From positions 17,658 through 81,657 of the forward strand of contig DATIIC010000019.1 of assembly GCA_035480095.1 (NCBI GenBank): a stretch of DNA of 64,000 bases, in the 5' to 3' direction. A program made the translations under genes and the position numbers. Position 1 is the stretch's first letter, and every line of letters begins with the position of its first letter. The notes below the pieces were generated by a model that was not told where the DNA came from, did no database searches, and saw only the letters and a program-made list of their open reading frames with translations. Source of the DNA: Candidatus Saccharimonadales bacterium. Its GTDB lineage: Bacteria; Patescibacteriota; Saccharimonadia; Saccharimonadales; UBA4665. This document shows, piece after piece, positions 27,380 to 38,148 of this stretch.

Positions 27380-29230
27380 CTAAGAGGACTTGTAGGCTAT
27401 CTCGTGATAGCTCGTCCTATACGGCCCGAAGAAGACCTTCGTGTACAGGCGCATGACGCTTACGCCCATAATCAAATAGGCAACGCAAAACAGGGTTATC
27501 TGCAAAACGTGGCTTCCCGGTATCTGGCTTAGGAGGATATCTTGCGCTAAAAAGGAGGGACTGATAGGGAACGCCATGAACAGCAGGCACACGATGAAGA
27601 ACACATGCCCCAGCTTTTTGAAGGCATAGATGGAACCGTGGTAATCCCGCAGCTGCAGCGGCTCGCCCCTTACTTGCAAATACCACAGGCAAGCGTGGCC
27701 CGCTATGAATGCGGCCGTAACTCCCACTCCGTACACAATCAAGTATTTCCAACTTCCGGCGGACGCCAAGCCCAAAAAGAGCGCCCCAAACAGGTGCCCC
27801 AACAGTATAAGGTTCCAGCATATCCGGGCAGAGTTTTTCGTGGCGTATGCCCGTATATAAAAGATGATGCTTACGATGGCTGTAGTAGTGGAAACGGCCA
27901 GCATCGAGCTGATGGATACTGTCGCAGACGCGGCGATTAGTGCGAAAACCAAAAAGAGAGCAAGGGCAACCATCTGCGCGGAGAGTGTATCCAGGAACGC
28001 GAATGACCGCCCGATAGACTTGAGCGGCTTCCATACATAATGGCTGACTGCCGTGTTCATGTTCCATTCCTTGATGCCTAGGATGTAGAATGTGGCGCGA
28101 AGCTTGCCCAAAAGCGTGTTTTTAATCCGTTGGGGAGGCGGCACAAAGTAGAAAAACTGGTCGTGCACCAGGTAGCTCACAACCGACGGGGAAATAAGCA
28201 GCTGGTACGTCCGGAGCGAGGCGTTGCTGACAAAGTGGATGAGCGCCAACCATTGCAGTCCGGCAGCCACCTCGATGAACATGATGCCGATTTGGGTGAT
28301 GGACGCGTATGCAATCTGTGTCTTTATGGATGACTGAACCCGGGCGATGGACGAAGCAATAATTGCCGTAGCGAGGCCTACGGCCGCAACCGTGATGCGC
28401 AGCCAAACGCTACCTTGCCAGAGCGGGTAGGTCCTAAGCAGCAAAAACAAACCCATGTGCACCGAGAGCGCGCCGTAGAAGATGGCGCTGGAGGTAGTGG
28501 GGCCTTCCATGGCCCGCGGCAACCAGTACGAAAACGGGAACTGTGCAGACTTGATCAAAGCGGCGGCAAGCAGGAACAGGCCAAGCAGCGCCAGCTGACT
28601 TCCGTGCTGCGCGATTACCCCCGAAAATTCAGAAAACTGCACGCTGTGCCCAAACACATGGTGGGCATACCAAATGGCGACGAGCAAGAATGCATCCGCA
28701 ATGCGATACACCGAAAAAACCTTCAGCGCGTTCCTGGCCGGCAAAAATCGGTCCCTATAAAAAGCGATGAGCAGCACCGAGCTTATGCCGATGAACTCCC
28801 ACCCCAGCAACAGTACCTCAAAATTACCGGCCAGGATGATGCACGACAGCCCGATGAAAAACAGCAGCAGCGTGTAATAAAACCGTTTAAAGCCCGGCTC
28901 GCGGTGCATGTAAAACTTACTGAAGATGAAAACAAGGGCGGTCATAAGTGTGGCCATGCCAAAAAATACTGCCGAGAGCCGGTCAAAATAGAAGTCGAGT
29001 GAGAACGTGTAGTGGTGGCTGGCGTACAGGACCCCCAGGCTCGTCGACACTGGTGAAGCGCCAGCACCGAGCCATTGGTAACCCAGGCAGCAGAACGCGG
29101 CAAGCTCCAAAAGGATTGCGCTGAAGGCCACGGAGAAAATGGCGCGCTCCCATTTCTTGGGCGTCAGCACGACACCCACAAAGCCGAGGATTGGGATGAT
29201 TAGTAGTGCGGTAAGGAATTGGGCTGTCAT
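27380..29230 (-). CDS. dabB: proton-conducting membrane transporter, NuoL/MrpA-like (DabB/MpsA-type partner of DUF2309)
   Basis: This 616-aa polytopic protein has a Proton_antipo_M-like core. It starts 6 nt downstream of the DUF2309 gene on the same strand. Confidence 0.75.
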   Translation of the reverse strand: MTAQFLTALLIIPILGFVGVVLTPKKWERAIFSVAFSAILLELAAFCCLGYQWLGAGASPVSTSLGVLYASHHYTFSLDFYFDRLSAVFFGMATLMTALVFIFSKFYMHREPGFKRFYYTLLLFFIGLSCIILAGNFEVLLLGWEFIGISSVLLIAFYRDRFLPARNALKVFSVYRIADAFLLVAIWYAHHVFGHSVQFSEFSGVIAQHGSQLALLGLFLLAAALIKSAQFPFSYWLPRAMEGPTTSSAIFYGALSVHMGLFLLLRTYPLWQGSVWLRITVAAVGLATAIIASSIARVQSSIKTQIAYASITQIGIMFIEVAAGLQWLALIHFVSNASLRTYQLLISPSVVSYLVHDQFFYFVPPPQRIKNTLLGKLRATFYILGIKEWNMNTAVSHYVWKPLKSIGRSFAFLDTLSAQMVALALFLVFALIAASATVSISSMLAVSTTTAIVSIIFYIRAYATKNSARICWNLILLGHLFGALFLGLASAGSWKYLIVYGVGVTAAFIAGHACLWYLQVRGEPLQLRDYHGSIYAFKKLGHVFFIVCLLFMAFPISPSFLAQDILLSQIPGSHVLQITLFCVAYLIMGVSVMRLYTKVFFGPYRTSYHEIAYKSS

Positions 29231-29236
29231 ATAAAA

Positions 29237-31792
29237 CTATTTTCCGTGTATGACATGCACGGGCAGGTTTTCCCGCGTGGCGTCTAAAATATGGTTCGTT
29301 TTCATCTTCGGAGTAGTTTCCATCATGCGGGGCAGGTCAAGCACAATCGGCAGCTCTTTGGTAACTAAGGCGTATGGCACAAACTCCCCGTCTTTGAAGA
29401 CATGCAGGGTTTTCTTGACGGGATGGAGTGCAACCAAATGAATCCACTCGTTGTCGAACCATTCATACAGCGCAGGGTTTGCCTGTATGACCTGCTTGAC
29501 CACTGCCGGATAGTGCTCGACTATCATCAGCAGGCGTACGGGGTCGTGCACTTCAATCATTTGCAGCGGCAGTCCGGAACGGAGGTCACCGTCACTACTG
29601 TTCGCAACCCCCACCAGTCCCATGACGTTATGGGGCAGCTTTGTGCCCGCGCCCAGTTTGTAGTTATCCATCCGCGAAAAGAAATATTCCAGATTAATAC
29701 CGCCGCACACGATTCCCAGCGGCGCCAGCACACTTGCCAGCAGCGCACCGTCCGGGTCGCTCGAATAGTCGTAGGAATTCAAAAACGCCCTGCGGTCCAG
29801 AAACAGGTGCTTAGTCAGGTCGCGCCTGCCCACGACGCACAGCGCGTTGGTACCATGTCCCAATTCGGGGCGGGGCTCGTAGTATGAAACCGAGCGTTTC
29901 TTTATGTCGCTCCTGATTTTCTTGATGTGCTGTTTGGTGTCGATAGACATAAACCGGCGCGAGCGCTCCTTGGCGTCTAGGTCCAGCGCGTCTTCAAACG
30001 TCTGCTTGTTTTTGTGGTGCAGCTTTTGGTTTTCCCGCGTCAGCACACCTTCGTCATAAAACTGCATTTCATCGGACGCCGTGTCGTGCATGCCGCCTAA
30101 GAATTGTGTGGCGCTCGGTATGGACAGGCCGCGGGCTTTCAGCATGTCCCGCACCGGCTGGTAGTTTGCCATGTAGGCGAACACCCGGGCGTTCACTAGG
30201 CCTGGGCGGCCGCTGCACGCGCCGCAGTCGTGCGCGCCGTGGTGCGGGTTGTTGGCGCTACTGGACCCGTGGCCTATCACGTACACCAGCGGAGAAAAGT
30301 TCTTGGTAAGACCGATACAGCGAAGCATTTTTTCAACCCGGTCCGTCATTTCTGCTACCGTAAAGCCGACTTGCAGGCCTTTTTCGTGGTCATATTCCCC
30401 GTCGTATACGATGGTCAATTCGGCGTCCGGGTCCATGTGGGCGAAGGCGTCGGCAATCGCCGGGCTCATGGTAGGGCTTATAAGATTAACAATCAGTTTT
30501 CCCAGCGCCGGTATTCCCAGTAAATACGACAGGAAGAAACCCCCGACCAGCCGGTGGGAGTGCTTGCTGTACATGATTTCTTTGGCACGCACATGGGGGT
30601 CATCCCGGGGCGCTTCTTTGATGAGGTACTTAGGGGTAACGGGCGCCGGGCAGAGCTTGTCATAAAATTTTGCGTGGGCCGGGTGGAAATAAAACTCTAC
30701 CCCAAAAAATCCGGGCGCGCCGAATGTTTCGCAGCGGACGTCCAGGCTTTCCACGTAAGTACGCAGGGAATACTCGCGTTCGTCGATGCAAAAGATGGAC
30801 TGGAAGCTCTTTGTGGGCGACTTCGCTCCAGCCGGCTTAGCGGGCAGTCTAAGCGCCATTCCGGCGAGCACCGTGTCGTAATAACTCCACTCAAACGCAT
30901 CCTGCCAAAGCGTAATGACTTCGTGCAGCTCGCTGTTCGGTTCTGGCACGAACAAATCTGCCGGCGGCTGCGTAACACTGTTTCCCAACGGCTGCCATTT
31001 CTTCCCAAGGGTACTCTCCAGGGCATCGATTTCGAGTAATAGTTCCAGCACTATCATATCTTCCAGGGAAATTTTCTTTGGGTACATAAGCGCTTCTGGT
31101 TTGTCTTCCAGCGTCGACACTATGCCCGACCAGCCAGGGTGCGCAAACTGCTGGTCGTAGATGTACTGCTCGAAATATGCTTCCTTACCGACTACTATCT
31201 CCAGCAGCTTCGTTATGGTGCAGGACTTGTCGTGCAGTAGGTCACGGGCCTTTTTTGTTTTGAAAAAGCTTACCAGGCTACGCTCCTCTAGGTTGCGCAG
31301 CGCAGGTAACAGGCCCTTGTCCTCGAAGGGAAAGGGCGAGATGGCGATACCTTGGTCGATATAGCTGCAGATAGCGCGGAAGAGCAGTGGCTGCACGGCA
31401 TTGTCCATATCGATGGGATACAGCCGCTTCCACTCCCGGCGTAGCTTTCCCACCCGAGGTTCGGTAGTCCAACTGTACATTTTGTGCAGGGCCCTAAACT
31501 GCCAGGCTTCAGCGTCTTCGCTGCCTTTTCGTTCTGTTATTACCTTCGCCAAGATTTCCGGAGTTATCCGCCCAACCCTGTACAAGTCTCTATATTCGCT
31601 GAGCGAAAAGGTAGTTTGGTAGCCAAAAATTGCCGACGCCTTAAACAGTGCGTCATAAAACTTCATATCCTGAAACGCATGAAGCGTATTGTGATGTATG
31701 AAATCCTTGAGCGGGCCCTGGGTGGGCAGATAGTGCTTCAGCACGTGCAACAGGTGCCGTTCATTGAAACGATGGTTAGATTTTTGAGACAT
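29237..31792 (-). CDS. dabA: DUF2309/UPF0753 protein, probable inorganic carbon transporter subunit DabA
   Basis: This 851-aa protein has the N-terminus LKHYLPTQGPLKDFIHHNTLHAF, typical of the family. Putative zinc-ligand motifs FCIDEREYS and HGSSSANNPHHGAHDCGACSG are present. Confidence 0.8.
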   Translation of the reverse strand: MSQKSNHRFNERHLLHVLKHYLPTQGPLKDFIHHNTLHAFQDMKFYDALFKASAIFGYQTTFSLSEYRDLYRVGRITPEILAKVITERKGSEDAEAWQFRALHKMYSWTTEPRVGKLRREWKRLYPIDMDNAVQPLLFRAICSYIDQGIAISPFPFEDKGLLPALRNLEERSLVSFFKTKKARDLLHDKSCTITKLLEIVVGKEAYFEQYIYDQQFAHPGWSGIVSTLEDKPEALMYPKKISLEDMIVLELLLEIDALESTLGKKWQPLGNSVTQPPADLFVPEPNSELHEVITLWQDAFEWSYYDTVLAGMALRLPAKPAGAKSPTKSFQSIFCIDEREYSLRTYVESLDVRCETFGAPGFFGVEFYFHPAHAKFYDKLCPAPVTPKYLIKEAPRDDPHVRAKEIMYSKHSHRLVGGFFLSYLLGIPALGKLIVNLISPTMSPAIADAFAHMDPDAELTIVYDGEYDHEKGLQVGFTVAEMTDRVEKMLRCIGLTKNFSPLVYVIGHGSSSANNPHHGAHDCGACSGRPGLVNARVFAYMANYQPVRDMLKARGLSIPSATQFLGGMHDTASDEMQFYDEGVLTRENQKLHHKNKQTFEDALDLDAKERSRRFMSIDTKQHIKKIRSDIKKRSVSYYEPRPELGHGTNALCVVGRRDLTKHLFLDRRAFLNSYDYSSDPDGALLASVLAPLGIVCGGINLEYFFSRMDNYKLGAGTKLPHNVMGLVGVANSSDGDLRSGLPLQMIEVHDPVRLLMIVEHYPAVVKQVIQANPALYEWFDNEWIHLVALHPVKKTLHVFKDGEFVPYALVTKELPIVLDLPRMMETTPKMKTNHILDATRENLPVHVIHGK

Positions 31793-32113
31793 GGGTTACA
31801 AATTTTCAGCGCTTGGTGGTAACACAATCAGCATAGCAACCGGCTATGCCAGTCGGGTCGTAGAGCACCGTGCTTCTGACTCTGTTCGTATGCAATCATA
31901 CTCCCGTACGGGCTCCGAGTAAATAGCTTTTTGGAGGAAGGATGTAAAAATACTTACTGCGCCGCCACGCTTATACACCTTATTTATTGGTGATATTTCG
32001 CAGTGATATTGCGCACAGTTGGACGTAGTGCTATAGTGATATCTATACAATAAGTAAAGTAAAAGCGCTACTCCAAGAACACCCCCTAATCAGCGCTTAG
32101 GTATTAGGTACAT

Positions 32114-33289
32114 ATGGCCGCCCACAGGGTCGCTAGGCTCCATCACAGTTCAGAACTGTCACCTCCCGTCGCGTTCACCGATGCGGGTTTAGAGGCAGGC
32201 GAGCTCACCGGCTACATGAGCGAGGCTGCCCGAGAACAGCATGCTGAAACGCTCAGCCCGGTTCCGGCAGACATGGATGTAGCCGACATCTGCGGCGACG
32301 GTCGCGAACCCACCGGAGAATCTGCGGCGCGCATTAACACACTTACGGGTCCGGATACATTGCCGCTGGAAGATGGCTACGCGAGTATTTTTGGCGGCCC
32401 GGTTGGTAAGGCTATCGCCTTCATGGCGGCGGGCGTTGCCACAGCACAGACGCGCGAGCAATCACACACATTTCTGCGCAGTGTTGGCGGCCTGCACGGC
32501 GCCATCCAACTTATCCGCATGGCGCGGGGTCCGCGCAGCATCCTGCACAGCGACATCGGGCAGGAGGGCAACTCACTTCATTTTGCGTCCGACACTGGTA
32601 GAAATGACCAAGAGGTCGGCTGCTTGTACAATGGCAGCCTTGGGCGGGTACTCGAAAAGCTAGCCAGGCACCGCAACACTCACCACTACCCCGGCGACCA
32701 CCACACCCGAGGGCTCGTCAGGCAGGTAAGTGAGGCGGATCTGCGCCAAGCCTTCGGCAACGATGGCGACAAAGGCGCCGGCAGATTCTTCGATGCGTTC
32801 GGGTTCCTGCTGAATGAACTGGAACATGGTAAAGACCACGCCTTCGGCCGGAACGACTATATAAACCACGAGAGCGAAGGCACCCCCATAGTCATTTTGG
32901 GCGGCGTGCATCCCAGTGTTAAGGACAGCTGCCTGTTCATGAACTTTCACCTAGACCAAGTGGGCAACGCGTTCCAAGCCCACCGGCTGGGACTCGATCC
33001 TTACCGTGGTGATCCTGGCCGTATCGCACTGGGCATAGGCGACTTGCTCGCCGAGTACGACATACCTGCAGAAGCATTCCTAAAAGCCGCCGTCATATTA
33101 TCTACCGCCGTCAGGTCAGCGCTGGTGGCCGTCGATGCCGACCCGCGCCTGCACGGCCAGACCGACCCACGCCACTTGCCGCTGGGCATCATCGGTGACG
33201 CCCGAACCGCTGCCGCTATCATCGACGCCGAGGCCGGCCGGCGACGCAGCCAAGCACGCAGCTACATACTGCCTGCCCGGGTGGCCTAA
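32114..33289 (+). CDS. hypothetical protein
   Basis: This 391-aa ORF is divergent from dabA. TATTAG lies 6 nt upstream of the ATG. No motif was recognised. Confidence 0.45.
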   Translation: MAAHRVARLHHSSELSPPVAFTDAGLEAGELTGYMSEAAREQHAETLSPVPADMDVADICGDGREPTGESAARINTLTGPDTLPLEDGYASIFGGPVGKAIAFMAAGVATAQTREQSHTFLRSVGGLHGAIQLIRMARGPRSILHSDIGQEGNSLHFASDTGRNDQEVGCLYNGSLGRVLEKLARHRNTHHYPGDHHTRGLVRQVSEADLRQAFGNDGDKGAGRFFDAFGFLLNELEHGKDHAFGRNDYINHESEGTPIVILGGVHPSVKDSCLFMNFHLDQVGNAFQAHRLGLDPYRGDPGRIALGIGDLLAEYDIPAEAFLKAAVILSTAVRSALVAVDADPRLHGQTDPRHLPLGIIGDARTAAAIIDAEAGRRRSQARSYILPARVA

Positions 33290-33404
33290 AATCCTCGGTA
33301 TATTCGGGCCGCATCCGCCGCAAGCAGGGTGTGATTAACATCACATCTTAAAATTGCAATAGATACTATAATTCGTGAGTACTAACCTGAATTTGGGAGG
33401 TACT

Positions 33405-33713
33405 ATGAATAGTCAAAACCACAGCAAGAACACCGGTGGTGCTGGCGTGATTATTCTGGATGACTTTTTGGCCATTTCCGACCAAGCGAACGAGTTCCGC
33501 AAGAAGATTTCGCGGACTGCATGGAACCGACTTTCAGCCGTAGAGCAAGCAGCACTAAAGGAGGCAGCCACCATGGTAACGGGTAACGACGAAGACTTAC
33601 AGGCACTGTATACCGAGGCCGTACTGATTGTGAACCACATGCACCACCAGGCCCAACCCCACAGCGACCCAGCCAAGCTCCTGGCAGCAGAACACTACCG
33701 CTTTTGGTACTAG
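33405..33713 (+). CDS. hypothetical protein
   Basis: The ATG at 33405 is preceded by GGGAGG. The track's GTG at 33375 is an alternative. A terminator follows. Confidence 0.45.
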   Translation: MNSQNHSKNTGGAGVIILDDFLAISDQANEFRKKISRTAWNRLSAVEQAALKEAATMVTGNDEDLQALYTEAVLIVNHMHHQAQPHSDPAKLLAAEHYRFWY

Positions 33714-33731
33714 GTAATCCGACCGCCACCT

Positions 33732-33762
33732 AAAAGACCGCAGTATTTACTGCGGTCTTTTT
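33732..33762. terminator. bidirectional rho-independent terminator (end of the atp operon and of the upstream plus-strand gene)
   Basis: The sequence AAAAGACCGCAGTA-TT-TACTGCGGTCTTTTT is a perfect long stem flanked by A- and T-tracts. Confidence 0.8.
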
Positions 33763-33774
33763 CTAACCTTACCG

Positions 33775-34200
33775 CTACTTCTGGTGGCGGCGTTTGAGGC
33801 CCGCGACTTGGATGCGCACTGCGTGGCGGTCGACGAGCTGCTGGGCGTGCTCCAGGCTGACTTCATCCTTGGCTTCGGCATGCAGCTTCTTGGCGCGTTC
33901 CATGGCGGCTTCGGCCTCGGCGACATTAATGTCGTCGGCGTTGTCGGCTTCATCCACCAACACGCGCAGCTTATTGCCGCTGACTTCGATGACGCCGCCG
34001 CTAATCGCAAAATATTCGCGGCCCCGGTCGGCATCCTTCGGGTCCTTACGCACCGCAATCACACCGGACTTCGCCACGCTGACGAGAGGCATGTGGTCCT
34101 GCAGCACGCCAATCTCGCCATCTTTCGTCGGCAAAATTATCTCATAGGCATCGCCATCAAACTTGGTGCCGCTTAGCGCAACTAATTGAAAATGAATCAT
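33775..34200 (-). CDS. atpC: F1 ATP synthase epsilon subunit
   Basis: MIHFQLVALSGTKFDGDAYEIILPTKDGEIGVLQDHMPL... is typical of epsilon. It is the last gene of the operon. Confidence 0.9.
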   Translation of the reverse strand: MIHFQLVALSGTKFDGDAYEIILPTKDGEIGVLQDHMPLVSVAKSGVIAVRKDPKDADRGREYFAISGGVIEVSGNKLRVLVDEADNADDINVAEAEAAMERAKKLHAEAKDEVSLEHAQQLVDRHAVRIQVAGLKRRHQK

Positions 34201-34448
34201 TGTTCACTCCTTACAGCTATCAGGCCCGCCGCCTCGACCGTCTGTAAACGGCCTCGGACGGCAGTTAACACGGTTTCTTCGGTATGCAGGGCTGTGGTTG
34301 GAATTGTATCCTGAAAAGCAGGCGCCCCGTTCCAGTGCGTATATTCCTTGCCATCTGGACCGACGTAGTACGGGTCAAACACTACGGCCAAATTGCCGCT
34401 GCATTCAAAGGTGTGGCCGTCCGTATCCGGGTGCGCCTCGCAACCCAT
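34197..34448 (-). CDS. hypothetical 83-aa protein inserted between atpD and atpC
   Basis: It starts 7 nt after the atpD stop. Its TGA overlaps the atpC ATG (ATGA). The atpC AAGGAG lies inside its 3' end. Confidence 0.5.
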   Translation of the reverse strand: MGCEAHPDTDGHTFECSGNLAVVFDPYYVGPDGKEYTHWNGAPAFQDTIPTTALHTEETVLTAVRGRLQTVEAAGLIAVRSEQ

Positions 34449-34455
34449 CGTAAAC

Positions 34456-36069
<1,614 letters not shown>

Positions 36070-36077
<8 letters not shown>

Positions 36078-36345
36078 GCCGTGCCCCCGCTTCCTGTACG
36101 GCCCAAATGGCTTGGTTAGCCTCAAGCGGATCCGGCAGTGCCGCATTTATAAATACTTCCAGGCGCCGCACCGCTGCCGGTGACAAAGGACGCTGGCCGT
36201 CATTTTCATGGTGCCGCATGGCGTCGTACAAATTTTCGGCGAGCAGGCTGGGGGTGTGCTCGACTGGCCGCAAAACTGCAGCAAACTGCCGTGGAGCCTC
36301 GTAGCCACGGCTGACGGTAGTGTAGGGGCCACGGACAGCTTTCAT
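36070..36345 (-). CDS. hypothetical 91-aa protein in the atpG-atpD gap
   Basis: It is on the same strand. Its start overlaps the upstream ORF's stop by 1 nt (TAATG). Confidence 0.45.
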
Positions 36346-36770
36346 TAGTTCGGCACCTCCGTGCCTGCGGCGGCTGCCCGTTCAAGCGTCTCACGTATCA
36401 GTGAAGGACTGTTGCCCACATGCTGCACCAGCGCTGGGTCAAACCCCGGGTCAAAACCCGGGTACAGTGCCCGCTCCATGGGGTGCTGTGAAAACACAGG
36501 CTTACCTTCACGAATCGCGTGGGCCATAGCAGTAATAATCCCTTGTTCGAAGGGCAAGTGCTCGGCACCGGCCACAACCAATAGCCCATCTGTCTGCTCT
36601 ATCGCATCAACGGTTTTCATGGCCACATCCCAGGCGTCACCCTGGCTACCAACCTGCACCGCCTCATAGCCAGTCGTTTTTAGTAAGGCTTTCTTCCACA
36701 CGCGGCGCATGGCAGCCTCTCCTCTACCCGCTTCACGGGGTACTAGCAGTGCTAGGAGTGTCTCGCTCAT
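36345..36770 (-). CDS. hypothetical 141-aa protein in the atpG-atpD gap (weak Rossmann-like / nucleoside-deoxyribosyltransferase-like pattern)
   Basis: It has an ATGA overlap with the upstream ORF. The pattern LLALLVP...TDGLLVVAG...FEQGIITAMAHAIREGKPVF only loosely recalls that fold. Confidence 0.5.
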   Translation of the reverse strand: MSETLLALLVPREAGRGEAAMRRVWKKALLKTTGYEAVQVGSQGDAWDVAMKTVDAIEQTDGLLVVAGAEHLPFEQGIITAMAHAIREGKPVFSQHPMERALYPGFDPGFDPALVQHVGNSPSLIRETLERAAAAGTEVPN

Positions 36771-36994
36771 CCGTCCAGTGCCTCCGCGTCGCCGGTGATT
36801 TCCGGTCCGGTAAAATCGGGCCCGGGCTGTCCGAGCGTGGCACTACCTATATTCCCTGGGTGAAAACGTCCCCCTCCTATCAGCGGATCGAATAGCAACT
36901 GGGGATGCAATTCGGGTGGAGGTGGATCTCTGTCAATCAGATAGTATGAACCCCCTTCCATGCTAACCAGCCGCTCGTTACCCTGACTCATCAT
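36767..36994 (-). CDS. hypothetical 75-aa Pro/Gly-rich protein in the atpG-atpD gap
   Basis: It has an ATGA overlap with the atpG stop. Confidence 0.4.
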   Translation of the reverse strand: MMSQGNERLVSMEGGSYYLIDRDPPPPELHPQLLFDPLIGGGRFHPGNIGSATLGQPGPDFTGPEITGDAEALDG

Positions 36995-37854
36995 TTCAAT
37001 GCCTCCGCGCCGCCGGTGATTTCGGCCAGTTCCTGGGTGATGGCCGCCTGGCGGGCGGTGTTTAGCTCCAGGGTGTAGTCGTCTATCAGTTCTTTGGCGT
37101 TGTCGGTGGCGTTCTTCATGGCTACCATGCGCATGGCGTGCTCGCTGGCCAAAGATTCCAGGACGGCTTGCCAGATTTGGGCTTCAATCAGGCGGATGGC
37201 GACTTGGTCTACCACGGTTTCAACATCTGGTTCGAAGTTGCTGATGGTGTTTTCGGCGGCGACGCCTTCCAGTTTTTGGGCTGGCAGCAGCGGTGCGCTC
37301 AAAGCCTGCTGCGAAACAGTGGATTTGAACTTGGTGTACAGCAGGCGCACATCGTCGACCGCTTCAGATTTGTATTGCTCGATGACTGTGTTCAGCAGCG
37401 GCCGGACGGCATTAGCCGTCGGCTGGTCGCCAAAGGCAGGGTAGGCGGCCAGCAGGTCAACTCCGTGCAGCCGGCGCACGAACTGCGCGCCGCGGCTGCC
37501 GACCACAATCACGTGGCTGGCAATTTTAGCGGCTTGGTCGTCTTTGAGGCCTTGGGTCAGTTGCTTCAAAACGTTGGCGTTGTAGGCGCCGGCCAGGCCG
37601 CTGTTGCTAGTGATGACCACGTACAGACGGTTCTTGACCTCGCGCTTGGCGAACAACGGCTGCCGTTCCACTTCACTGATGCCGCTCAGACGCGTCAGCA
37701 GTTCCGTAGCCAGCTCGGCATACGCCCGTGAAGCCTGCGCGTACTCCTGCGCCCGGCGCAGTTTGCTGGCGCTCACCAACTGCATGGCCTTGGTAATCTG
37801 CCGCGTGTTCTTGATGGACTTAATCCGCCGCTTCAGTACGATAGTGCTAGCCAT
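36991..37854 (-). CDS. atpG: F1 ATP synthase gamma subunit
   Basis: This 287-aa protein has N- and C-terminal helices typical of gamma (IKSIKNTRQITKAMQLVSASKLRRAQ ... ITQELAEITGGAEAL). Confidence 0.95.
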   Translation of the reverse strand: MASTIVLKRRIKSIKNTRQITKAMQLVSASKLRRAQEYAQASRAYAELATELLTRLSGISEVERQPLFAKREVKNRLYVVITSNSGLAGAYNANVLKQLTQGLKDDQAAKIASHVIVVGSRGAQFVRRLHGVDLLAAYPAFGDQPTANAVRPLLNTVIEQYKSEAVDDVRLLYTKFKSTVSQQALSAPLLPAQKLEGVAAENTISNFEPDVETVVDQVAIRLIEAQIWQAVLESLASEHAMRMVAMKNATDNAKELIDDYTLELNTARQAAITQELAEITGGAEALK

Positions 37855-38143
37855 TTGCGCCCCCTAAATCTCTTATTTCAGTAAGCAGCCGAAGAAACCT
37901 ATTTTGAAGGTCAGTCATAGGAGCAACCTCTTGAGGTGGCCACTCGGGCGTATCCCAGCCGACGTGTCCCCGTATCTGTAGTAGTTGACACAGCACAGTT
38001 CGCGCACCAAGGATGCGGCCGGTCCGCTCATCTTCGGTAAGGCCGGGTGGCAGCTCCATACTCCAAGCCAGCTCCTGCACCAAGTTTACGGTGGTGGGAT
38101 ATCGACTACGGTCTGGGGCTGCTGGTTGCTCAGGATCTACCAT
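37847..38143 (-). CDS. hypothetical 98-aa protein inserted between atpA and atpG
   Basis: It starts 5 nt after the atpA stop. Its stop overlaps the atpG start by 8 nt (AATGGCTAG). Confidence 0.45.
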   Translation of the reverse strand: MVDPEQPAAPDRSRYPTTVNLVQELAWSMELPPGLTEDERTGRILGARTVLCQLLQIRGHVGWDTPEWPPQEVAPMTDLQNRFLRLLTEIRDLGGANG

Positions 38144-38148
38144 GGCTT

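Noticed and set aside
31844-32050. A 68-aa minus-strand ORF in the dabA upstream region
   Set aside because: It has no ribosome-binding or promoter geometry and an odd composition. It lies in an AT-rich control region that contains the GTGATAT repeats.
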